From NCBI GenBank assembly GCA_045047305.1, contig JASFYO010000044.1:1-18358 (forward strand): DNA of 18,358 nucleotides, in the 5' to 3' direction. This document shows, one piece after another, positions 1 to 7,309 of this stretch; positions within the stretch are counted from its first letter, which is position 1, and each line of letters begins with the position of its first letter. Source of the DNA: Planctomycetota bacterium. GTDB taxonomy: Bacteria; Planctomycetota; UBA1135. Both the position numbers and the translations under genes were made by a program. The notes under the pieces were generated by a model. That model had not been told where the DNA came from. It searched no databases and worked only from the letters and a program-made list of their open reading frames with translations.

Positions 1-51
1 GCGGAGATCGCTGGTAAGCTTGCTTATCGGTGCGTGTAAAACGCGCACTCC

Positions 52-91
52 AGAAACCCTGCATCCCCCCGGATGCAGGGTTTCTTCTTTT
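52..91 (+). terminator. Rho-independent terminator (possibly bidirectional)
   Basis: Perfect 15-bp inverted repeat agaaaccctgcatcc (52-66) / ggatgcagggtttct (71-85) with a cccc loop, followed by a T-rich tail. It lies immediately past the stop of the convergent protease gene at 90. Confidence 0.8.
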
Positions 92-1223
92 ACTTCACCG
101 GGATTAACGCAACCACAGGAACTTCAAGTTGAAAGCGCTTGCCACCGCGTCGCACGAAAAAGGTGCGGGAAGAAGCACTTTCTTCTTCCAGTCGACTCAT
201 GCGGTTGAGATAAACCGCGCGCTCGACATGGTCGCCAACCAACATGCCAGATTTTTCTGCGGGTGAACCGGGCATGAGACGTAGGACCACCATCCCTCCA
301 TCTTCCGGTTTGAAAATGGCTCCAGTTCCACGAAAGGCAATCGGGTCGAGCCTCAGCTCTGCAGATGGAATCAATTCTAAACGTTGCGCGCGTTGATCAA
401 AGGTCATCGCATAGTCACGCAAAATATCGGTGCCTACGAGTTGGGTGTCGTCGGAGAGGCGAAGCACGGGATTGCGATAAGAACGGTTAAAAATGGTGGC
501 ATTGCCGTTTAAGCGTCCGGCATAATTCAACTGTAGACCGTCAATGCCCATGGAAGAACCGACAACTAGGGGATCCACCGCCCACTCAAATTTCTTGCTG
601 GGATTGACCTCGAAGCCGAGGCCGGATCCAGAATCAATAAGAATGCGACGCGTGGTATGAGAAAAACTAAGATCTACATAAGGACGGTTGTCGCCGTAAA
701 TCTTAAACACCGTTTCGTCATCGACCCGCGGTAGATAACCCTCTGCAATGCGCATTCGACCGTTGGGATAGTCGAGATTTAGAAGGACATCGGCAAAAAC
801 AGAGTAGGCCAGAATGCCATCGAATTCGCGACCGACCGCAGCTTGCAGATGGCTTAAAGACATCACCTTAGCGGATACTTTGCTGAACTTGGCATCGCCA
901 CATTGCAGATGTCCAAATCGCACCTTACGTCCCTGCGAAGAGTCCCAGTCACTAGCGGCTTGCAGAGAATCGGGGTCCACCACGGTATAGCTGGCGCCAG
1001 TGTCATAGAGAAACCACAGAATGTGATCTGGATTTCCGTCCATCTCCATCGGTAAGAAAAAGTAACCGCCTTCAAAGTCCGTGGGCAAAACAATCCAATC
1101 TTCTTCCTGCGGAACATTCGGTTCCGGATTGAAACTACTGCACCCGCAAATACTGAGAAGGAATAAAAGGGAGGCGATGGCAGCTGGGCCTGATAAATGA
1201 AGGGGACGCATCAAGGGGGTCAT
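90..1223 (-). CDS. Putative lipoprotein: aspartyl protease (two retropepsin-like D[TS]G lobes) with C-terminal PDZ-like domain
   Basis: Motifs FLYDTGAS and ILIDSGSG with following DGILA and QLVGTD. C-terminal GTGAIF...VVLRLMPGSPAEKSGMLVGD is PDZ-like. Lipobox-like LLSICGC. The true start may be the ATG at 1211. Confidence 0.75.
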   Translation of the reverse strand: MTPLMRPLHLSGPAAIASLLFLLSICGCSSFNPEPNVPQEEDWIVLPTDFEGGYFFLPMEMDGNPDHILWFLYDTGASYTVVDPDSLQAASDWDSSQGRKVRFGHLQCGDAKFSKVSAKVMSLSHLQAAVGREFDGILAYSVFADVLLNLDYPNGRMRIAEGYLPRVDDETVFKIYGDNRPYVDLSFSHTTRRILIDSGSGLGFEVNPSKKFEWAVDPLVVGSSMGIDGLQLNYAGRLNGNATIFNRSYRNPVLRLSDDTQLVGTDILRDYAMTFDQRAQRLELIPSAELRLDPIAFRGTGAIFKPEDGGMVVLRLMPGSPAEKSGMLVGDHVERAVYLNRMSRLEEESASSRTFFVRRGGKRFQLEVPVVALIPVK

Positions 1224-1240
1224 CTTAGTAGAATCAGGCC

Positions 1241-2452
1241 ATGCGCCGACCTCTCACGCTTCTTGCCTTTTGCCTATGGATTGCAGGATGCGTTGTACCG
1301 CCTGCGAATACACCACTTGCAACGGAAGCTCCTGCCAAGACGCAAGTTTTCGTCCTTGGCATGATTCACAGTGGCCATAAAACGAGTGAGACCTGGGGGC
1401 TTGAGGAAGTTCGCGCGACGATTCGGAACATAAATCCCGATGTCATTTGCGTGGAGATTCCGCCCCCAAACTGGCCGTCGACCCTCGCCACTTGGAAGGA
1501 AAAGCATGTGGTCGAAGACAGCCGGGTCAAAGTATTTCCCGAATATGTCGATGTCCTCCTCCCTCTTACCGATGAAATGGATTTTATCGTCGAGCCAAGT
1601 GCGGGGTGGAGTGCATGGATGGCCCAAGCGCGGCAGGCAAAGATTGAGGAATTTCAAACTGCCGACGCCTACGCGGAAGCATTCGCCGCCTACAACCGTG
1701 ATGAAAAGTGGGTTACCCAATGGCTTGCTCAACATCCAGCGCCCGCGGCCGAGGATGACCCGTTTTACATCCACTCTCCGCGCTATGACTTACGCACCAA
1801 AGCGGAACTCGGACCTTATGAGTACTACATGAATGATGTGATTGGACGCCCTGGTGGCTGGACCTACATCAACCAAGAACACTTTACCCTCATCGAAACC
1901 GCCATCCGCAAGCACGCTGGTAAACGTATTTTGATCACTTTCGGCGCGGGCCATAAGTATTGGTTCCTTGAGCAATTGCGCTGGATGCCCGATGTAGAGG
2001 TCATGGATGTCCGCCCCTTCCTTCCAAACGCCGAGCAACACAAACTCACCACGCGTGATTTGGTAAAGGAGGAATTCCTCGCCGGCTTTGATGCCATGCG
2101 CGTGCATTGGGCCCTGTTCCGCGGCGATGCACTTTATGCATGGGACCGCATCGAAGCCATGCTCGCCATACCGCAGAAAAATGCTTTCCTAACGGCACTC
2201 GCCTCCAGCAAAGGAATGGAGCAAAGTGAATTCCTGGACGGTCCTTTCTTGGGCCCAGTAGAAGTGATTTCTGGCAACAGCCATAGCTGGCAGTTACGCG
2301 CAAAGGTTTGGCGCTTGGGTCAAACTGAGGAAGAAGCAGAATGGATGACCGCGACTCTCAAACCCGACGCCAATCGTCCCGGTGGTTTCGCTTGGACAGC
2401 TTTGGAACTACCGCGCTGGATGCTCACCCAAGGAGAAAAACTTTCGCGATGA
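1241..2452 (+). CDS. Hypothetical lipoprotein, N-terminal domain resembling the TraB/Tiki/ChaN (DUF5694-like) superfamily
   Basis: 403-aa ORF with lipobox LWIAGC. Motifs VFVLGMIH, NPDVICVE and KRILITFGAGHKYW resemble this superfamily. The stop overlaps the next start (ATGA 2449-2452). The family call is tentative. Confidence 0.6.
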   Translation: MRRPLTLLAFCLWIAGCVVPPANTPLATEAPAKTQVFVLGMIHSGHKTSETWGLEEVRATIRNINPDVICVEIPPPNWPSTLATWKEKHVVEDSRVKVFPEYVDVLLPLTDEMDFIVEPSAGWSAWMAQARQAKIEEFQTADAYAEAFAAYNRDEKWVTQWLAQHPAPAAEDDPFYIHSPRYDLRTKAELGPYEYYMNDVIGRPGGWTYINQEHFTLIETAIRKHAGKRILITFGAGHKYWFLEQLRWMPDVEVMDVRPFLPNAEQHKLTTRDLVKEEFLAGFDAMRVHWALFRGDALYAWDRIEAMLAIPQKNAFLTALASSKGMEQSEFLDGPFLGPVEVISGNSHSWQLRAKVWRLGQTEEEAEWMTATLKPDANRPGGFAWTALELPRWMLTQGEKLSR

Positions 2453-3357
2453 GTGAAAATCGGCTGGAAGTCGTGCTTGCTCTTGGAGGTGGCGCCGCGC
2501 GTGGTCTGGCACACATTGGAATCATTCGTGTTTTGGAAGAACACGGCGTAGTGGTGCGCGCGATTTCAGGTACCAGCATTGGGGCGATTGTCGGGGGCCT
2601 GCACGCAGCTGGAAAGTTAGATCTATTTGAGAACTACATGCGTAAGTTAGATGCCAAAGGCATGCTGCGCTTATTGGACCCCGTCATTCCACGTGCAGGT
2701 TTGATTGGAGGAAACCGCGTTGTGCGCCGCTTGCAGGACTTCCTTGGGAAAGTGGAACTACAAGATTTAGAGATTCCGTTTTCCGCCATCGCCACCAACC
2801 TCGAATCGGGCGCGGAAGTTATTTTGAACCAAGGCAGCGTGGTTGACGCCATTCGTGCCAGTTTTGCCATCCCTGGGGTGTTCACTCCATTGCAGATCGA
2901 TGGGGTATGGCTAGTCGATGGCGGAGTGAGCACTCCCGTGCCAATTCAGCCGGCACGTGCTTTGTTTCCTGGGCTTCCAGTCATCGCTGTCAATTTAAGC
3001 AATGTCGACAAAGTGTTCGCACAGAACCGCACTGATGCAACGGCATCGAATCGTGTGCCACAAACCAAAGCGGAGCGTGAAATCGGACGCATCGAACGTC
3101 TCTTAAAGCGCATGGGCGGAGACCATAACAAGCGCCCAGGAATGCTTACTTCCCTTTCTGATTCCGTGGTACATATGGAGCATCGGATTTCACGTTTCCA
3201 GATTGCTGACGATAATCCTGATTTACTTTTAGAACCTGCGGTTTTTGGAGTTGGCCTCTTTGACTTCCATCGCGCCGCACCCATCATTGCAGCTGGTGCA
3301 GCGTGTGCCACAAAGGCGATTGAACGTGGTGAGCTCGAGCGGCTTATTGCCAAGTAA
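2449..3357 (+). CDS. Patatin-like phospholipase (RssA/NTE family)
   Basis: LALGGGAARG oxyanion motif, GTSIG nucleophile elbow and DGG catalytic motif. Start placed at ATG 2449 (MSENRLEVVLAL), translationally coupled to the upstream stop. Confidence 0.9.
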   Translation: MSENRLEVVLALGGGAARGLAHIGIIRVLEEHGVVVRAISGTSIGAIVGGLHAAGKLDLFENYMRKLDAKGMLRLLDPVIPRAGLIGGNRVVRRLQDFLGKVELQDLEIPFSAIATNLESGAEVILNQGSVVDAIRASFAIPGVFTPLQIDGVWLVDGGVSTPVPIQPARALFPGLPVIAVNLSNVDKVFAQNRTDATASNRVPQTKAEREIGRIERLLKRMGGDHNKRPGMLTSLSDSVVHMEHRISRFQIADDNPDLLLEPAVFGVGLFDFHRAAPIIAAGAACATKAIERGELERLIAK

Positions 3358-3895
3358 CATCAGGTTCGCCAACCACATGATTGGCGTGGCGCGCAAAGGT
3401 AAATAGCCAATCGGATAAGCGGTTCAGATAGGCCAAGTGTTCCGCCTGCACCTCCCCTTCCGCCTGCATGGCAAGTGCTGTCACGAGCCGCTCGGCACGA
3501 CGACAAACACTGCGCGCTATATGTAAGCGTGCGGCGAGTTCCGTCCCGCCAGGCAAGATGAAATTCTTGAGTGGGGCAAGCGCATCATCCCATGCATCGA
3601 TCTCCTGCTCTAAGCAAGTCGTTGCTGCCTCCTCCCAGGCCGGCAAATGCGAACGGGTTCCGCTCGATGCGTCGGATGGAGTGGCAAGCCAGGAACCCAC
3701 CGAGAACAACAAGGCCTGCACCCGGCGTAAACGCTCAAGGTCCTCACCCTTGGCCTCAATCGCACACCAGCCAAGTATGGAGTTGAGTTCATCGACATCT
3801 CCATAAGCCGCAATCCGCGAAGATGATTTTTCGACACGGACTCCACCAAACAAACCGGTCTCACCCTTATCCCCACCACGTGTGTAAATGCGCAT
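3344..3895 (-). CDS. pduO: ATP:cob(I)alamin adenosyltransferase, PduO type
   Basis: N-terminal MRIYTRGGDKGETGLFGG, AYGDVDELNS, FILPGG, LHIARSVCRRAER and YLNRLSDWLF. Start moved to the ATG at 3895. The 3' end overlaps the convergent patatin by 14 bp. Confidence 0.93.
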   Translation of the reverse strand: MRIYTRGGDKGETGLFGGVRVEKSSSRIAAYGDVDELNSILGWCAIEAKGEDLERLRRVQALLFSVGSWLATPSDASSGTRSHLPAWEEAATTCLEQEIDAWDDALAPLKNFILPGGTELAARLHIARSVCRRAERLVTALAMQAEGEVQAEHLAYLNRLSDWLFTFARHANHVVGEPDVTWQ

Positions 3896-3965
3896 GATGT
3901 GATTGTAATCGCTGCGCGCAAATTGGCGTGAAATGCTTGGGTGTGTAGTAAGGAAACTCTGATAG

Positions 3966-4003
3966 AAAAAAACGAAGCACCTCAACCGAGGTCAAGGTGC
4001 TTC
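3966..4003 (-). terminator. Rho-independent terminator of the peroxiredoxin gene
   Basis: Inverted repeat gaagcacct (3974-3982) / aggtgcttc (3995-4003). On the minus strand it is followed by a 7-T run (A7 at 3966-3972 on plus), about 70 nt after the prx stop. Confidence 0.8.
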
Positions 4004-4070
4004 AAGGGGAAAAGACAATAAGCGCCAGGGACAGAGCTACCGCCCCCAACACTTTTCGCTTGATGGAATC

Positions 4071-4670
4071 CTACAGGCTGCTGGCGTTGCCTGCCAGGTA
4101 GGATGCGACACCTTCTGAAGTTGGTGTCATGCCGGCTTTGCCCGGGGTCCAACCAGCTGGAGCGACTTCGCTGCCGCCAGCCACCAAAAGGATTGCGTCT
4201 AGCATGCGCATGGTTTCATCCATGTCGCGGCCGAGTGGCAGGTTGTTCACCGTTTGGCTTTGCACCACGCCTTCCTGGTCAATCAAGAAGGTGCCGCGCA
4301 GGGCGAAGGTGGTTTCTTCATGCAGGACATCGAATGCCTTGGTCAGGGAACGGTCCTCATCGCAGAGCAATGGGTAGTTCACGGGGCCAATGCCGCCTTG
4401 ATCGATGGCGGTGTTACGCCAGTTGATGTGGGATTCTGCGTCGTCGATGGAAACACCCAAAACTTGGGCGCCACGCTTCTTGAACTCATCCATACGATGG
4501 TCAAAAGCGATTAGTTCCGACGGTCAGACGAAAGTGAAATCCTTAGGGTAGAAGAAGAGGACGACGTACTGGCCCTTGTAATCAGACAAGGAAACCTGCT
4601 TGGTCGAGCCATCTTCCATGACCGCGGTAGCCGTGAAATCGGGCGCGGGCTTGTTGACGAGAACTGACAT
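4071..4670 (-). CDS. ahpC: AhpC/Prx1-family peroxiredoxin with in-frame TGA at the peroxidatic site (probable selenocysteine, U49), 199 aa
   Basis: ATG at 4670 reads [51 protein letters not shown](4524-4526)[16 protein letters not shown] in frame with the 4071..4493 ORF. Conserved GGIG, ALRGTF and NLPLGR motifs are present. The canonical VCPAGW reads VAPAGW. Confidence 0.88.
4482..4517 (-). other. Candidate bacterial SECIS stem-loop
   Basis: The mRNA 3' of UGA is CCGUCG-GAACUAAUC-GCUUUUGAC-CAU-CGU-AUG-GAUGAGUUC. Lower stem GAACUaAUC/GAUgAGUUC; upper stem (C)CAU/AUG(G) closes a G-containing CGU loop about 27 nt from UGA. Folded by eye only. Confidence 0.45.
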
Positions 4671-4710
4671 GGTTTTGTAGTTGGGGATGGGCCGAGGCCC
4701 GGTGCTAGAG

Positions 4711-4738
4711 ATTCTAGGGGCGTGGCGAGATTTCTCAA
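4711..4738 (-). promoter_or_regulatory. Putative sigma70 promoter of the peroxiredoxin gene
   Basis: Minus strand TTGAGA-N16-TAGAAT, with the -10 element 40 nt upstream of ATG 4670. Confidence 0.5.
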
Positions 4739-4782
4739 TTTCGGCACAAAAACGCTGGGATTATCCCTGCGAGCCCAGTCCC

Positions 4783-6384
4783 CTAGGCCTCGCGCAAACC
4801 AAGGCGTGCGCTCAGATGATGCAAATTACTGCGATGCATACCAAGGTCTCGTGCTGCTGCGGCCCACACCCCATCATTAGCAGCAAGGGAAGCCTCAATG
4901 AGCTGACGCTGATAGTCTTCCACCGCCTCACGTAAGGGTTTTTGATCTCGCTCCATCGGCGGAACCGTTGTTTCTATGACCGGCTCGGACACGACCTCTT
5001 GAAGCGACGCCCCCAGCGAATCCTTCTTGCAAAACTCTGCTCCGAGATCTCGGGCTTGCACCAAAATCAAGTTTCCACGCAAGACTCGGGTGGAGGCGCG
5101 CAAAACGGCTCTTGAAATGACGTTCTCCAATTCACGCACATTGCCGGGCCAAGCATAAGCCTCTAAACCGACCAAGGCCTCGGGGTGAAGGCGGATGGGC
5201 CCAAAGCCAAGCTGACGACGTGCGCTATCGCAGAATTGACCGGCGAGAACTGGAATATCCCCATGTCGAGTGCGCAAGGGAGGCACGGTAATGCGACAGA
5301 CATCGAGCCGATGGAGGAGATCAGATCGGAAACGTCCGGCCTCGACCTCCTTCTCGAGCTCGCGGTTGGTTGCCGCAAAAACCCGCACGGAAACTTGATG
5401 CGACTTGTCGGAGCCGACGCGCTGGATTTCCCCAGATTGCAAAACACGCAGTAACTTCGGCTGCACCGAGAGTGGCAATTCTCCAATCTCGTCGAGAAAA
5501 AGGCATCCCCCGTCCGCAACTTGGAATTTACCCAAGCGGCGCTGGGTAGCACCGGTAAAAGAGCCAGTTTCGTGACCGAATAACTCGCTTTCCACCACTG
5601 ATTCCGGCAATGCCGCGCAGTTGACGTAGATGAGCGGCTTTTCGGCTCGTGAAGATTCGCGGTGCAAGCGGCGGACCACCAGTTCTTTACCCGTGCCGGT
5701 TTCGCCACCAATAAGCACCGGGAACTCCGAACCTGCGAACAAGGCAATCTCTTCTTGGAGATTCAAAATCGAGGGGCTACGTCCGACCATACGCCCGGCT
5801 GCGTTTTCTAGATCCCGACGCAATAGAGAGTCCCCAATCGCAACCTTGCGTTGCTTGCCGAGGTCGATGGCGTCGACCAAATCGGTATTACGGAGGGTGG
5901 CAACAGCAATGGCCGCCACCAATTCAAACTGAATGAGTGGGTAAGCCTCAAATGCCCGAGGCGCTATGGCATCTAAAGTGAGTACCCCCTCCACCCTGCC
6001 ATCGATCATCAGCGGCATGCCAAGACATGCGTGTACCTGACTGGTGAACCCATCGACTCCAGCGACTCCATCAAGCAAGCCGTCGAAGGGATCCGGGAGG
6101 GTGGAGTTTGAGGGAAACTGAACCGCACCTCGGGCAGAGCAAATCGCCGCGAATCGAGGGTTCTCGGCAATCTCAAAACGATGGCCTTCGGTGTCTGGAG
6201 CCAAACCAATCGACGCGATAGGGAAAAGGGCATCTTCTCGACGACGCAGGAGGGTCACGGCGTCGGCAGCAAACAGCTTTTGAATCGCCTGGACCAGACG
6301 CCGATAGCGCTCACCCTTGTCCACCGCTTGACCTAGGTCAAGCAGCAAATCCCGCAAGACTCGCAGCAAGCCAGGTGTTGTCAT
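4783..6384 (-). CDS. norR: NO-sensing sigma54-dependent transcriptional activator NorR (GAF-AAA+-HTH)
   Basis: GAF domain with the NorR non-heme iron ligand motifs NPRF, LPDPFDGL, VHACLG and LTLDA. AAA+ motifs GETGTGKE, ESELFGH..GSFTGA, FLDEIGEL and WPGNVRELEN. C-terminal HTH WAAAARDLGMHRSNLHHL. Start at 6384 (MTTPGLL) fits NorR length; 6417 is an alternative. Confidence 0.93.
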   Translation of the reverse strand: MTTPGLLRVLRDLLLDLGQAVDKGERYRRLVQAIQKLFAADAVTLLRRREDALFPIASIGLAPDTEGHRFEIAENPRFAAICSARGAVQFPSNSTLPDPFDGLLDGVAGVDGFTSQVHACLGMPLMIDGRVEGVLTLDAIAPRAFEAYPLIQFELVAAIAVATLRNTDLVDAIDLGKQRKVAIGDSLLRRDLENAAGRMVGRSPSILNLQEEIALFAGSEFPVLIGGETGTGKELVVRRLHRESSRAEKPLIYVNCAALPESVVESELFGHETGSFTGATQRRLGKFQVADGGCLFLDEIGELPLSVQPKLLRVLQSGEIQRVGSDKSHQVSVRVFAATNRELEKEVEAGRFRSDLLHRLDVCRITVPPLRTRHGDIPVLAGQFCDSARRQLGFGPIRLHPEALVGLEAYAWPGNVRELENVISRAVLRASTRVLRGNLILVQARDLGAEFCKKDSLGASLQEVVSEPVIETTVPPMERDQKPLREAVEDYQRQLIEASLAANDGVWAAAARDLGMHRSNLHHLSARLGLREA

Positions 6385-6429
6385 TTCGACATCAGTTGTA
6401 GATTCCACAGCGCCCATCGTAATGAATAC
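6380..6429. promoter_or_regulatory. Three NorR enhancer sites (GT-N7-AC)
   Basis: GTCATTTCGAC 6380-6390 (overlaps the norR ATG), GTAGATTCCAC 6398-6408 and GTAATGAATAC 6419-6429. A degenerate fourth site GTGAGAAACCC is at 6452-6462. Three GT-N7-AC sites is the established NorR enhancer architecture. Confidence 0.8.
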
Positions 6430-6494
6430 TACAACAATTGAGGTCGTATGGGTGAGAAACCCCCTCTATTTAAGATTTAGAGGTATAAATATCT

Positions 6495-6510
6495 TGGCAT
6501 GGTCTTTGCT
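6495..6510 (+). promoter_or_regulatory. Sigma54 (-24/-12) promoter of the nor-nirK operon
   Basis: TGGCAT-GGTCT-TTGCT with GG at 6496-6497, exactly 10 nt of spacer and GC at 6508-6509. It is preceded by an AT-rich tract (about 6465-6494) and lies 60 nt upstream of norC. Confidence 0.88.
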
Positions 6511-6570
6511 CTATGCCTAGCAGATTCCCACATGGGCTCTCAACTCTCCCAAACCTAACCCGGAAAGCAA

Positions 6571-7305
6571 ATGCTTACCAAATCCGCCGCCAAAGCCTTT
6601 TTCCTGGGCGGCACCGCATTGTGCAGCATCGCCTTTGTGCTCCTCACCATGGACACCTTGGCGCAAATGCCCGATCGCTCCCACCAGGAAAATCTAACGG
6701 AGTCCGTGATTCGCGGGCACCACATCTGGAACAAGAACAACTGCATGGGCTGCCACACCATCATGGGTGAAGGTGCTTACTACGCACCCGAAATGACCAA
6801 GGTCATGGAACGCCGCGACCCGATGTGGATTGCCGAGTTTCTTAAGAACCCGGAACGTATGTATCCAGGTCGCCGCAAGATGACCAAGTACGCCATGTTC
6901 GACCCTGCCGAGGTCGGCGCTGAAGAAGCCAAGAAGAATGTCGATGACATTGTTGCCTTCTTCACTTGGGTTGGCAAAATCGACCTCAACGGCTTCCCCG
7001 CAGAACCGGATTTAGCACAATCTCCACGAGTGAAAGCCTCGGACGCAACAACAGCCGGGGTTTCCTTGGCCGCGGCACCGGCCTATTTCACCAGCGTGTG
7101 CATGGGATGCCATGCAGTCAACGGCAAAGGCGGTCAAGTTGGTCCAGCACTCGATGCTGTCTCCGATCGGCTCGACGCTGATTACTTACGCACGTGGATT
7201 TCAGATCCACAGTCGGTCAAGCCCGGCACCACAATGCCTAACCTCGGCCTGAAAGGTGAAAGCCTCGACGAGATCCTGATCTTCCTCGCAACGCTCAAGG
7301 AATAG
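6571..7305 (+). CDS. norC: Nitric oxide reductase cytochrome c subunit NorC with an additional C-terminal cytochrome c domain (di-heme)
   Basis: MLTKSAAKAFFLGGT N-terminus plus TM helix, NNCMGCHT-MGEGAYYAPE and GRRKM. After a linker there is a second CMGCH (7099-7113) with GGQVGPAL...WISDPQSVKPGTTMP. Confidence 0.92.
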   Translation: MLTKSAAKAFFLGGTALCSIAFVLLTMDTLAQMPDRSHQENLTESVIRGHHIWNKNNCMGCHTIMGEGAYYAPEMTKVMERRDPMWIAEFLKNPERMYPGRRKMTKYAMFDPAEVGAEEAKKNVDDIVAFFTWVGKIDLNGFPAEPDLAQSPRVKASDATTAGVSLAAAPAYFTSVCMGCHAVNGKGGQVGPALDAVSDRLDADYLRTWISDPQSVKPGTTMPNLGLKGESLDEILIFLATLKE

Positions 7306-7309
7306 AACT

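Noticed and set aside
1..17. Possible 3' end of an upstream plus-strand gene (frame 3: GDRW-stop at 15-17) before the strong terminator
   Set aside because: Too short to assign a frame or product.
4071..4493. 140-aa ORF treated as the complete peroxiredoxin, or the locus treated as a pseudogene
   Set aside because: The short ORF lacks the active site. The upstream frame is intact and the only interruption is a TGA at the catalytic position, which favours Sec. A nonsense mutation is not fully excluded.
4524..4526. TGA reassigned to Trp or Gly (genetic code 4 or 25)
   Set aside because: TGA terminates other genes in the window (2452, 11374, 14913), no other gene has an internal TGA, and the position requires Cys or Sec.
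4748..4778. Weak hairpin plus T5 on the minus strand after norR
   Set aside because: The stem is short or imperfect (GGGA-TAA-TCCC or CTGGG...CCCAG), which is not enough to call a terminator.
6465..6494. IHF site between the NorR boxes and the sigma54 promoter
   Set aside because: The tract is AT-rich and correctly placed, but no good match to WATCAAnnnnTTR was seen.
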